NCBI GenBank assembly: GCA_963735495.1
Contig: CAVTLG010000003.1
Location: forward strand, 32,080 to 96,079
Direction: 5' to 3'
From: an uncultured Chloroflexia bacterium
Lineage (GTDB): Bacteria > Chloroflexota > Ktedonobacteria > Ktedonobacterales > Ktedonobacteraceae
Length of the DNA: 64,000 bases
The position numbers and the translations under genes are program-made. The notes beneath the pieces were generated by a model. It was given only the letters and a program-made list of their open reading frames with translations. It searched no databases and had not been told where the DNA came from. Positions 1-8,813 of this stretch are shown here, one piece after another; within the stretch, counting starts at the first letter, position 1; each line of letters opens with the position of its first letter.

Positions 1-690
1 AGCGATGCCCGGATGATCTATATCACACCGTCATATCAGTTTCCCCTGGGCAGCACCATGAGCCTCACACGCCGTCTGCTGCTGCTCCAATGGGCCAGCA
101 GTCATGGCACATGGATACTTGAAGACGATTATGATAGCGAGTTTCGCTACGCAGGACGGCCACTTTCTTCATTACAGGGACTCGATAATACCGGACAAAT
201 AATCTATATTGGCACATTCAGTAAGGTCCTTTTCCCAGGTTTACGCCTCGGCTATCTGGTTGTTCCTGAGGACCTGGTGGACGCGTTTACAGCTGCTCGC
301 GCCGTCTCAGATCGCCACTCACCCATGCTGGAGCAGATCATATTGACCGATTTCATCGCGCAAGGCCATTTCGCGCAGCACATCAGGCGCATGCGCAGCC
401 TCTACGCAGAACGACAGGCCCACCTTGTCGATGAGGCTACCCGCGAGCTGGCCGGCCTACTTACCCTCCACCCAGCTACGGCAGGCATGCACCTCCTGGG
501 CGCGCTGGCACCTGGCCTGGACGACGCAACGGTTGCACAGCAGGCAGCCAGACATAATCTGATTACGCCTGCACTATCAGCATTCAGTATGGGAAAGTCA
601 CGCCTGCATGCGCTCTTGCTTGGCTATACAGCGATCAGTAAAGCCGAAATCAGTGCCGGTATTCAGCGCCTGGCTACCGTGTTGTCATAA
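1..690 (+). CDS. C-terminal part of a MocR/PdxR-type (GntR-fused) PLP aminotransferase-like protein, 5' partial at window edge
   Basis: ORF 13..690 is open to the window start. Fold-type I aminotransferase-like motifs are present (IYIGTFSKVLFPGLRLGYLV, SPMLEQ). Confidence 0.7.
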   Translation, partial: SDARMIYITPSYQFPLGSTMSLTRRLLLLQWASSHGTWILEDDYDSEFRYAGRPLSSLQGLDNTGQIIYIGTFSKVLFPGLRLGYLVVPEDLVDAFTAARAVSDRHSPMLEQIILTDFIAQGHFAQHIRRMRSLYAERQAHLVDEATRELAGLLTLHPATAGMHLLGALAPGLDDATVAQQAARHNLITPALSAFSMGKSRLHALLLGYTAISKAEISAGIQRLATVLS

Positions 691-693
691 TTT

Positions 694-819
694 GGGTCTC
701 CGTCCTTGAGGGGGAGCCAGGTAAGGGCGTGTCCTGGCGACCCGCCCCAGGGCGCACGCGAGGTGACGCCCCTACCCCCGTTCCGTTTCCCAACGTTTCC
801 CTTGGGGGGATGTAGACCC
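694..819. repeat. MITE/REP-like palindromic element, copy A (core inverted relative to copies B, D, E)
   Basis: Terminal inverted repeats are GGGTCTCCGTCC ... GGATGTAGACCC. The core is GTAAGGGCGTGTCC...GCGCACGC...GGTGACGCCCCTACC. The same architecture recurs at 16.2, 19.7, 30.4, 38.8 and 51.5 kb. Confidence 0.75.
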
Positions 820-991
820 AGAAATTCACCGACCTTCTTAAAAGGGGCAAATGCTGGTATAATGAACTCTATATAATGGGATCTTGATCCTGAAAAAAGT
901 TGTTCCTGGAAAGCGCAGAGCAAAACACAACAGTTACGATAGTTTGCACACGCAATACTGTCTGTATTACCTCTTAATGAAAGGGAGTGGC

Positions 992-1276
992 ATGATGTCT
1001 CAACTACTCAGGCGTATCCAGTTGCCTCTGGTCGGCGCGCTGCTTTTTTGCTTGCTTGTTGGTATATACCTGGTTGCCTGGAAGCGTCTGGCAAAACCAG
1101 AACCTGCCGACATTATTGTAAAGCACTCGGTAGATACTCCTCCCGATGAGGTCCTCCAGTATTGGACGGTGGATAAAATGCGCCATGCCAAACCCGCTGA
1201 ATTGCCAAATGTCGATGTTCCTGACCAGGGGAAACAGCATGCGCAACGTCCCCCACATAAATCGCATCCGGCTTGA
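992..1276 (+). CDS. Small membrane-anchored protein, paralogous to the N-terminal pro-region of the downstream protease
   Basis: ATG at 992 is preceded by AAGGGAG. It has one TM helix (LPLVGALLFCLLVGIYLVAW) and a motif YWTVDKMRHAKPA that matches YWTVARMDNAIDA in the next gene. Confidence 0.45.
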   Translation: MMSQLLRRIQLPLVGALLFCLLVGIYLVAWKRLAKPEPADIIVKHSVDTPPDEVLQYWTVDKMRHAKPAELPNVDVPDQGKQHAQRPPHKSHPA

Positions 1277-1293
1277 GGAAAGAGAGAGACACG

Positions 1294-2271
1294 ATGTCAC
1301 GACAACATGGACGCACCTCACCCCTTCAGGCGGATAAGATCTTTCTTTGCCTGCTTGCCTGTGTGTACCTGGGATACCTGATAGTAATGGGGGGAGTTCT
1401 GCATATCGGGACGCTAATACCTGCTGCCATCACTGAGCACCCATTGACTACAAGTGCCAACGCCGTCATCAAGTATTGGACTGTGGCACGCATGGACAAT
1501 GCCATCGATGCAGATCAACAGAATAGCAACGTTTCCGATCTCACACAAACGCAGAGCGACACGAGCACTGGCACGGCGGCCTCGCAGCAGGGACAGTTGC
1601 CACGCGATGAGAGCCTTGCTTATCCCACCTCGACGGTGGGCAAAGTTTTCTTTACGAACTCTACTGGTTCCAACTCCGTCTGCTCCGGTACTGCTGTTGC
1701 CAGCGCCAACGATAGCGTTGTTGACACAGCTGGTCACTGCCTCTACCGCAATGATGGCTGGTCGAAGAACCTGATCTTCTGCCCACTGTACAATAATGGG
1801 AGTACGCCCTATGGCTGCTGGGCCGCGCGCGACTTAGAGGTCCCAGCCGACTGGATCAATGCCAAGCCTAACGACTATCATCATGACTTCGGCATGGCCA
1901 TCGTGGATGCCAATAGCCAGGGTCTCCTGACCGACCTGGTGGGCGGCGCGGGTTGGGCCTATAATCAGTCCGTCAACCAATCCTTTAGCGCGTATGGCTA
2001 TCCCGCCGCGTATCCCTTCAATGGTCAGATCAGGAAGTCCTGCGAGAATTCCTCCGGCACAGGTTTGCAGCATGGGGGTGGCAAGGTGGTTTCCATCGTC
2101 TGTAATATGACTGGCGGCTCCAGTGGTGGCCCGTGGTTCGTGAAGATCGGCAACAACTGGTACCTCAACGGCCATAACGACTTTATCAGCAGCCTCCAGC
2201 CCGGGTACATGTTCTCGCCCTACTATGACGATACGTGGTACGCCCTTTACAACAAGGCCCAGCATACATAA
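1294..2271 (+). CDS. Secreted or membrane-anchored trypsin-like serine peptidase (S1 family)
   Basis: Catalytic triad contexts are DTAGHC (His), HHDFGMAIV (Asp) and TGGSSGGPWF (Ser). There is an N-terminal hydrophobic anchor. ATG at 1294 has a GAGGAAAGAGAG upstream; the ORF itself opens at 1273. Confidence 0.8.
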   Translation: MSRQHGRTSPLQADKIFLCLLACVYLGYLIVMGGVLHIGTLIPAAITEHPLTTSANAVIKYWTVARMDNAIDADQQNSNVSDLTQTQSDTSTGTAASQQGQLPRDESLAYPTSTVGKVFFTNSTGSNSVCSGTAVASANDSVVDTAGHCLYRNDGWSKNLIFCPLYNNGSTPYGCWAARDLEVPADWINAKPNDYHHDFGMAIVDANSQGLLTDLVGGAGWAYNQSVNQSFSAYGYPAAYPFNGQIRKSCENSSGTGLQHGGGKVVSIVCNMTGGSSGGPWFVKIGNNWYLNGHNDFISSLQPGYMFSPYYDDTWYALYNKAQHT

Positions 2272-2327
2272 AGTCATCTCGCTGAAGCTGTTGCACTTGA
2301 ACGACAGCTTCAGCGGTGCTCCAGGTT

Positions 2328-5009
2328 TCAGGATAGTGCGTCTAATGCTTGCAAAAGCTGAGTGTAGTGCGCCTGGCTGATCACTGTTTTGGGGTGGGCG
2401 TCTCCCAGAGACTGGGAGCGGATCGTGAGAGCACGTTGCGCCAGAGCTATGGCCTCGTTCAGCTCGCCCTGTTTGTGCCGGAAGACGGCCAGACCATGAA
2501 GCGTGTTGGCTGTGTCCGGATGCTCTGGTCCCAACTGTCGCTGCTGAATGTGCAAGGCTCGCTGATATAACGGCTCCGCCTGTTCATATTTGCCCTGATC
2601 TTGATACAGGCTTGCCAGGCCAAAGCATATACGTGCCAATTCCGGGTGCTCATCGTTCAATTGCCGCTGCTGAATGTGCAAAGCGCGTTGATATAACGGC
2701 TCCGCCTGTTCATACTTCCCCTGATCTTGATACAGGCTTGCCAGGCCAAAGCATGTGCGTGCCAATTCCGGGTGCTCGTTGTGCAACTGCTGCTCCTGAA
2801 TGTGCAAAGCGCGCTGATATAACGACTCCGCCTGCTCATACTTCCCCTGATCTTGATACAGGCTTGCCAGATTGCTCTGGCTGACTGACATATCGGGATG
2901 TTCTGGCCCCAACTGCTGCTCCCGAATGTGCAAGGCGCGCTGGTACAACGACTCCGCCTGCTCATACTTCCCCTGCTGCCAGTACAGGAGTGCCAGATTG
3001 GCGAGCGTGTAAGATATCTTCGCATGGCTGGGTCCTAGCTGCTGCTCCTGAATGCGCAGTGCCCGCTGATACAATGGCTCCGCTTGCTCATACTTGCCCT
3101 GCTTCCCATATAGAAGAGCCAGATTGGAGAGCGTATCGGCTATCTCCAGGTGCTCGAACCCCAATTGTCGTTCCTCAAGATGCAAGGCTTGTTGGTACAA
3201 AGGCTCCGCTTCGGCATACTTCCCCTGGCTGTGGTAAAGTGCCGCCAGGTTGTTGAGCGTTTCCGCGATCTCGGGGTGCTCTGGTTCCAGGTGTTGCCCC
3301 CCAATCGCCAGAATACGCTGCAATAGCGGTTCGGCCCGCTCATACTGTCCCTGCTTCCAAAACAGCTCTGCTCGTCTCTTCAACCGAGGAATGAGCAGCG
3401 GATGGTCGAGGCCATACTGTTGTTCACCCAGCACCAATGCTTGTTCCAACAACGATGCTGCCTCTCTGTAGCGTCCGTGCATCAGGAGATAGCTCCCGGT
3501 TTTGTACAACAACTCACCCACTTCTGGCAGATTAGTGCCTACCACTTTCAGCAGCGGCACGCAGGCCAGCGCCTGCGCCAGGCAGCGCTCGCACTGTGCC
3601 CTGGTCTCAAACGTTGGCTCGGGAAAGGCAGCGTTGACCATGCGCACCACACGCTCGCTCCACAGGCGTGTCTCCCCTGGCTCCATCTGATCCTGGAGCA
3701 CCGCCTGCACCAACCGGTGGACCGAAAGCGTCCGTGTCTCCCCATGGCGAGCAAGCAACGAAGCACTACGCAAGGCAGCCAGGGCCAGATCGAACTGGTA
3801 GGGATCAACAACTGTCGGACCCAGCACTGGCCCCAGGTGCGCCGCACCTGCTACAAAGAGTTCCTCAGGAATGACTTCTGGATGCAAGAAGGCACTGGCC
3901 CGTAGGAGGTCTGCCGCAGCCGGATGCTGCCGCTCGACCTGCTCTGCCGCCAGTTGGAGGGTTGTAGCAACCGAGGCCGGATGAGCGCCAGCATGGGCAC
4001 CCCGTCGAGCAAGCACATGCTGGCGCTGCTCGTGGTAGCGCCGCAGATAATCCGCGAGACTACATCCAGTTTCTTCAATATATGCGCCGGCCTGATCCAA
4101 TGCCAAAGGCAATCCTTCCAGCAGCTGCACGAGTTCTACGGCTTCCGCGAAAGCGGGATCATCCAGCGGCGTCTGCTGTGACAGGGCAGCTTCGGGGAAA
4201 AAACTACTCAGCTTCCTGGCACGACGTAGGAGCAGCGTCACACCCTCTTCGTTGCTCAGTGGCGGAAGTTCCAATAGTGTAGCCACCGTCCCCAGTGTCT
4301 GCCTCCGCGTCGTGAGCAGGAACGCACCCTGCCTGCTCGCTGGCAGATAGCGCTGCAATAGGTCCAGGTCTTCCAGGTTATCCCAGATCAGCAACCACTC
4401 GCCATGCGTCTCCAGCCAACGTTGCACTGCTGCCACGATGCGTTGCTGGTCAATTTCCACACGCTCTGGCAAGTCTAAGCGTTCGGCGATACGTAACAGA
4501 CTGGCGTGTACCTGCTCAACAGTTTCCGCCCCGATCCAAAAGACCGCGCTGTATTCCGACGCATAGCGATAGGCATACTCCAGCGCGAGCTGGGTCTTGC
4601 CAATCCCACCCAACCCATGCAGGGCATATGACTGGGTCAGCGCGATCTGCTGGTCTGGACCAAGCTGCGCATGGAGCGTCGCCAGCGTTTCCTCGCGTCC
4701 CGTGAAGAAGGGATTGCGTGGATGTGGGAGAGACCAGAAGGCTGGCAGGAGGCCACTGGGGGGCGATGAAACGCTGCCAGAGCTTTCCTGCTCAGCGGAT
4801 ACGAGACACAGATCAACTGCACTTTTCCCGAAGAGTTCGCACAGCTTCCGGCGAAAGTACAGACTGGGCTGGGCTCTTCCACGCTCCCAGCGGTTGACCG
4901 TATACCCATCGGTACCAAGAAAACCTGCGACATCTGCCTGCGTCCAGCCATGCAGAACACGTTCCTGCTTTAAACGCTCATTGGGCCTGGGGGCAGAAGG
5001 ATGCTTCAT
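2328..5009 (-). CDS. STAND NTPase with XRE-type HTH, NB-ARC-like P-loop NTPase and TPR repeats
   Basis: The HTH is LKQERVLHGWTQADVAGFLGTDGYTVNRWERG. Walker A is GLGGIGKTQLA. Eight 42-aa TPR units form the C-terminus. The likely start is MKHPSAP at 5009; the ORF extends to 5123. Confidence 0.85.
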   Translation of the reverse strand: MKHPSAPRPNERLKQERVLHGWTQADVAGFLGTDGYTVNRWERGRAQPSLYFRRKLCELFGKSAVDLCLVSAEQESSGSVSSPPSGLLPAFWSLPHPRNPFFTGREETLATLHAQLGPDQQIALTQSYALHGLGGIGKTQLALEYAYRYASEYSAVFWIGAETVEQVHASLLRIAERLDLPERVEIDQQRIVAAVQRWLETHGEWLLIWDNLEDLDLLQRYLPASRQGAFLLTTRRQTLGTVATLLELPPLSNEEGVTLLLRRARKLSSFFPEAALSQQTPLDDPAFAEAVELVQLLEGLPLALDQAGAYIEETGCSLADYLRRYHEQRQHVLARRGAHAGAHPASVATTLQLAAEQVERQHPAAADLLRASAFLHPEVIPEELFVAGAAHLGPVLGPTVVDPYQFDLALAALRSASLLARHGETRTLSVHRLVQAVLQDQMEPGETRLWSERVVRMVNAAFPEPTFETRAQCERCLAQALACVPLLKVVGTNLPEVGELLYKTGSYLLMHGRYREAASLLEQALVLGEQQYGLDHPLLIPRLKRRAELFWKQGQYERAEPLLQRILAIGGQHLEPEHPEIAETLNNLAALYHSQGKYAEAEPLYQQALHLEERQLGFEHLEIADTLSNLALLYGKQGKYEQAEPLYQRALRIQEQQLGPSHAKISYTLANLALLYWQQGKYEQAESLYQRALHIREQQLGPEHPDMSVSQSNLASLYQDQGKYEQAESLYQRALHIQEQQLHNEHPELARTCFGLASLYQDQGKYEQAEPLYQRALHIQQRQLNDEHPELARICFGLASLYQDQGKYEQAEPLYQRALHIQQRQLGPEHPDTANTLHGLAVFRHKQGELNEAIALAQRALTIRSQSLGDAHPKTVISQAHYTQLLQALDALS
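2331..3350 (-). repeat. Tandem 126-bp coding repeats (8 TPR units) with very high internal identity
   Basis: Units read GKYEQAE(P/S)LYQRALHI(Q/R)(E/Q)(Q/R)QL..EHP.......(N/G)LA.LY.(D/Q)Q. Adjacent units are nearly identical at the DNA level. Confidence 0.85.
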
Positions 5010-5324
5010 AGTATCTGCTTTCTGGATAGGTATGCCCATACCACAGTTTAGACCGATTAGAGACACGGAAGAACCCATCGGTTTTACCCCTCTTGTGTTT
5101 TTAAGAGGAACCGCTTCCCTCATGCCGCTATTATAGTATGTCTGTCAAGCAGGATAAGGGAAAAGAAGCAGCCAGGATAGGCAAGGATGAACAAGGATAC
5201 ACTCTGTTTCAGAGGAACGGTTATGATAGCACCATACTGAATGGGAAATAATCGCAACACGTAAGCCGCTCCCGACGTTCTTAAATCCATTTTTTATGTG
5301 TGCTCAAAGGGGTTGTCAGATAGA

Positions 5325-5359
5325 AAGAAACCAGCATACTGCTTGCAACAGTATGCTGG
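5325..5359 (-). terminator. Rho-independent terminator of tRNA-Asp copy 1
   Basis: An 11-bp stem CCAGCATACTG/CAGTATGCTGG (5331-5341/5349-5359) is followed on the minus strand by TTTCTTTC. Confidence 0.6.
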
Positions 5360-5365
5360 TCAGGA

Positions 5366-5439
5366 CGGAACCGACGGGATTCGAACCCGCGATCTTCTGC
5401 GTGACAGGCAGACATGTTAGGCCACTACACCACGGCTCC
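5366..5439 (-). tRNA. tRNA-Asp (anticodon GTC), copy 1; CCA not encoded
   Basis: The reverse complement GGAGCCGTGGTGTAGTGGCCTAACATGTCTGCCTGTCACGCAGAAGATCGCGGGTTCGAATCCCGTCGGTTCCG folds as a cloverleaf. The acceptor stem is GGAGCCG/CGGTTCC, the anticodon loop is CTGTCAC, and the T-loop is GGTTCGAATCC. Confidence 0.9.
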
Positions 5440-5478
5440 TGATGCTCGCTTGTGCTATCAGCACTGCTCACAAGCTAA

Positions 5479-5508
5479 ATCATAGCAGATCTGACCATGC
5501 TTTGTCAA
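5479..5508 (-). promoter_or_regulatory. Sigma-70-type promoter for tRNA-Asp copy 1
   Basis: The minus strand reads TTGACA, an 18-nt spacer, then TATGAT. The -10 element ends about 40 nt upstream of the tRNA 5' end. Confidence 0.55.
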
Positions 5509-5662
5509 CTTTTTTGCTGACTCATCTCTGCGCCATACAATAGCGCGCCAGCACAGGGTTTGATGGCAGTCAGTTGAGGCTGCCATCAAACCCCGTTCGC
5601 TACACGCATTTATCCGTCACAACTGAGCGCAAACAATAACAATGCCTCACTCACTCACTCAC

Positions 5663-6778
5663 TCACAAGTTGCAGGCAATGCCAGCATAGGTCTTGCTCA
5701 AGGCAACCCCTACTGATCCGGTCATCTGGAAGGTGTCGATCATACGATGGGCAGGCGTCAAGCCTTCTTGCAGCATAAAATAGAGTGGATCAAGAAACTG
5801 GGCATCTTCATCAGCACCCAGCGCGCGCCTGACTGCATCTAATACAGCAAGCGCTCCGGCAGAAATATCAGTATTGCTAAAACCTTGAAATGCCGATCTC
5901 TGGTGCAGGGGGACATCAGGGGTCAGTGCGCGACCGGAGAGGGTTGTATCCAGCGCTAAGCCCTTGAGCAATGCGCAGATGCCCGCGTAAATGGTGAAAT
6001 CATCACAGCTATCACAGCCTTTAAACTCAATGCGACCAACTTCCCCAGGAATACGAGCCAGTTTTGTGAGCGAAGGCACACTATCGAGCAACTCATCAGC
6101 GTGCGCGAGAAATACGAGCGTCGCCGGTCGCAGTCCACTGCGCAGAAAGGTGCGCACGGATAACCCACCCCATAAATGACCCTCGATAAACGGTGAGCTA
6201 TACGTAAAAGGTATAATGTAAGGACTGTAATAGGTAAATTTGTGTCCAATATCGATCATGGCACTCGTTGTCATGCTTTGCATGGACATATTGATGTCAG
6301 GCCCATAGGTCAGCAGAGAAAATGGAGAAGTCAAATCCTCGGGGGAAATTTGTAGCTGTGCTTCTTCAAAAGCATTAAAAGGGGGATCGGGCACAAACTC
6401 CGAACGGTAGGGATGAAAGCTCGTGAGTACAGGGGAAAAACCGCTCTCGACAACCGTTTCATAGAGGATACGAAAACTCTGCGTTAACTCGTCAATAGCT
6501 CCCTGTATGGTTGGATGAGGTGTTGTACGAATCTCGATGCCCTTCGATAAGTGATCGATCAATTTACCTGATGCATCGAAACGTTCAAGACCTTCAATAT
6601 ACCAGCGTTTCACCCTGATCCCCGCGTCCCCAACATGTAGCCAGGGATAGTCTCCAGCATAGGTAGGCAGTTTCGCAATGATTGCCTCAAACTCCGCAAA
6701 TGATGTGGAGGCAAAATCAGCAAACTGACCCTCACGATTAAGAAAGGCTACCTCGTGCTCAATACCAAATGTGAACAT
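5663..6778 (-). CDS. Carboxylate-amine ligase / glutamate-cysteine ligase family 2 (GCS2)-like protein
   Basis: The N-terminal FGIEHEVAFL motif and overall size resemble GCS2-type ligases. The assignment is from memory of the family only. Confidence 0.45.
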   Translation of the reverse strand: MFTFGIEHEVAFLNREGQFADFASTSFAEFEAIIAKLPTYAGDYPWLHVGDAGIRVKRWYIEGLERFDASGKLIDHLSKGIEIRTTPHPTIQGAIDELTQSFRILYETVVESGFSPVLTSFHPYRSEFVPDPPFNAFEEAQLQISPEDLTSPFSLLTYGPDINMSMQSMTTSAMIDIGHKFTYYSPYIIPFTYSSPFIEGHLWGGLSVRTFLRSGLRPATLVFLAHADELLDSVPSLTKLARIPGEVGRIEFKGCDSCDDFTIYAGICALLKGLALDTTLSGRALTPDVPLHQRSAFQGFSNTDISAGALAVLDAVRRALGADEDAQFLDPLYFMLQEGLTPAHRMIDTFQMTGSVGVALSKTYAGIACNL

Positions 6779-7135
6779 GTTAACTTCTCCTAATTACCCC
6801 TTTTCACAATACAACGGCGGTAGACGCATACCCCGTGAGCTGCTCAAGTAGAGCGATATGCCTGCGGCTCACGCTATCTTCTCGCAGTCCATCTATTAGT
6901 ATAACCTAATATGCGGGTTTTTAGCAGGATTTTCGCGGCCAATTTGACCTTATATCCTATTTTTGATTACTCTATCATCGTTATCACGTGATTGAGATAG
7001 TTAGGCATTAAAAAAAATTAAGATATCGATGCTATCAGTATGAGGTTATTTGCAAAAAAGACTGCGAGAGTGTATATTTATGTAAGGAAGTGCAATTAGT
7101 GCTTTCAATTCAGACTCAGCCAAAAGGACTACAGA

Positions 7136-7462
7136 ATGGGTTTCGATCAATACCATGAACCTGTTAACGAATTGTCGCAAGCTACGCGGACGTTTGCTCG
7201 AGTGATTACATCTCTGCAAGAGGAGTGTGAAGCCATTGGGTGATATCAACAGAGAACCTCATTAGAGCAAGATCCCGAAGCAAAGAAAATCTTGCTCCGT
7301 GCTCAGTCCGAGGAGTTCCTACACTTCGCTATGGATCTGGAGTTCTTGCTTCGTCGCCACCCACAATGGCGAATCGCTGTTCAGAGTGTCCTATTTAAAC
7401 CTGGTGATATTATTGCAAATGCAAAGCACGGGGAAGCAGAGCTGGAAGCGTCAGAACAGTAA
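7136..7462 (+). pseudogene. Encapsulated-ferritin-like (EncFtn/Flp-type) gene interrupted by one in-frame TGA (7241-7243) at a conserved Trp position
   Basis: Translation is MGFDQYHEPVNELSQATRTFARVITSLQEECEAIG*YQQRTSLEQDPEAKKILLRAQSEEFLHFAMDLEFLLRRHPQW...EQ*. An AAAGGA lies upstream of the ATG. Neither half appears in the ORF track. Confidence 0.7.
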
Positions 7463-7805
7463 TTTGCCAGTCGCAGTAATATCTGTACACCCCTCAAACG
7501 CTCTTTTAGGATAGTAGCACTTTTCCGCGTAGCGTCTTTCTTTAGAAAGTTTCTACTATTCTTGTAGGGATACAGGTCATCCTTTCAACATGATGACCTG
7601 TATCCCTATTTCGACTGCCACATTTCTGACCTGGAAAGCCTGGAGTATGCTCTCCCTATCCCCCACACATCCCCATCCCAAATATTGAGCCTCGTCTCCC
7701 TGCCCCACTTTGCTACTGGCGAGAGAAACAAGAGGCGCGCTTCAGGCCCAACGAGAACGAGTGCTCTTGCTTCTCTTCCCTCTTCACCCGCCAGGAGACA
7801 GTGCA

Positions 7806-8414
7806 CTATGACAACCATGTTGTCTTCACTGAATAGTGGGTAGGTATACGTGCAGAGCGAGTGACTTTGGGATAGCCAACATAAATAAAACCCACGATGT
7901 GATCCTGAAGAGCCAGGCCGAACCAGCGCTTAACGACCGGATCATAGGCGGTGTCGCCTGTACGCCACAATGTTGCCAGTCCCATCTCTTCAGCCGTTAA
8001 GAGCATGTTCTGGACCGCCGCCGCCGTCGCTTCGATATTCTCAATCAGCAGTCCTTCCTGATGCAACGCACCTCTCATTGTCGCAACAATAATGACAGGG
8101 GCACGTAGCGGCTTATTGCGTTCCCTTAACAGCTTAACGCGTTTTTTCTCTTCAGGGAGTCCTTCGTCGTATTTTTCCATACGTGCTGCTAGCGATGCGG
8201 CCATCGCATCACCTAATCTCTCACGAGCAGTTCCTGTTACGACAAAAAAGTGCCATGGCTCGGTTACATGGTGGCTGGGCGCATAGACAGCGGCTTCCAG
8301 CATTTGCTCAATCTGTGCCTGCGTTGGTTGCTCCTGTGTGACCTGACCAACGCTACGTCGGTGCTTGATGACGTCCAATACTCGTACGGCTGGCGCATTT
8401 AGTACAGCGTTCAT
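7806..8414 (-). CDS. Nitroreductase family protein
   Basis: Motifs are VIKHRRSVGQV, APSHHVTEPWHFFVV and a C-terminal GFIYVGYP. ATG is at 8414; an alternative GTG start is at 8432. Confidence 0.8.
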   Translation of the reverse strand: MNAVLNAPAVRVLDVIKHRRSVGQVTQEQPTQAQIEQMLEAAVYAPSHHVTEPWHFFVVTGTARERLGDAMAASLAARMEKYDEGLPEEKKRVKLLRERNKPLRAPVIIVATMRGALHQEGLLIENIEATAAAVQNMLLTAEEMGLATLWRTGDTAYDPVVKRWFGLALQDHIVGFIYVGYPKVTRSARIPTHYSVKTTWLS

Positions 8415-8725
8415 ATGGCTTACTATCTCCACTAGAAGAAATACTCTTCATGGTTTCATATTAGCATGGAACTACTATAAAACCGTTTTCCTGTGAAATG
8501 TATCGCAAGCTTCTTTCTGATCACTTACGATAGAGGGGCGAATCTAAAATATCCCCTTCGTTTTACACGTACAAGAAGTGCTATTTTTACCGATTTCGTC
8601 GGCAATTTACCACTACACCCCAGAAAAAAGTACTTTCGGTATTTCTCACGCCCTGCTGTCTTTTCATAAATAAACACCTTCTATCCTTCTTAAATAAGAT
8701 GCAAAAACACTGCGTCATCTAATGA

Positions 8726-8759
8726 CAGATGTACTCACATAAGACAGCGAGTACATCTG
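8726..8759 (-). terminator. Hairpin downstream of the VIT1 gene
   Basis: An 11-bp stem CAGATGTACTC/GAGTACATCTG is present. There is no clear T-run. Confidence 0.35.
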
Positions 8760-8813
8760 AACAACAATAACGCCTTTCTTCTTCAGGGATAGCATCCAAA
8801 ACCAACCGGATCG

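Noticed and set aside
2349-5136. Numerous plus- and minus-strand ORFs of 60-180 aa overlapping the HTH-NB-ARC-TPR gene
   Set aside because: These are antisense or out-of-frame shadows of a long, repeat-rich gene. None has an RBS or a recognisable motif.
5646-5666. Tetranucleotide microsatellite (TCAC)x5 at the 3' end of the GCS2-like gene, considered as a phase-variation tract
   Set aside because: The gene's stop codon is the first TGA of the repeat on the coding strand. Changes in repeat number would not alter the reading frame of the protein.
7241-7243. The in-frame TGA in the ferritin-like gene read as selenocysteine
   Set aside because: The codon aligns with a conserved Trp, not a Cys or Sec position. 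No selenoprotein form of this family is known to me. The downstream hairpin has no features I can equate with a bacterial SECIS element. Readthrough or a pseudogene seems more likely, so the hairpin is only noted in the finding.
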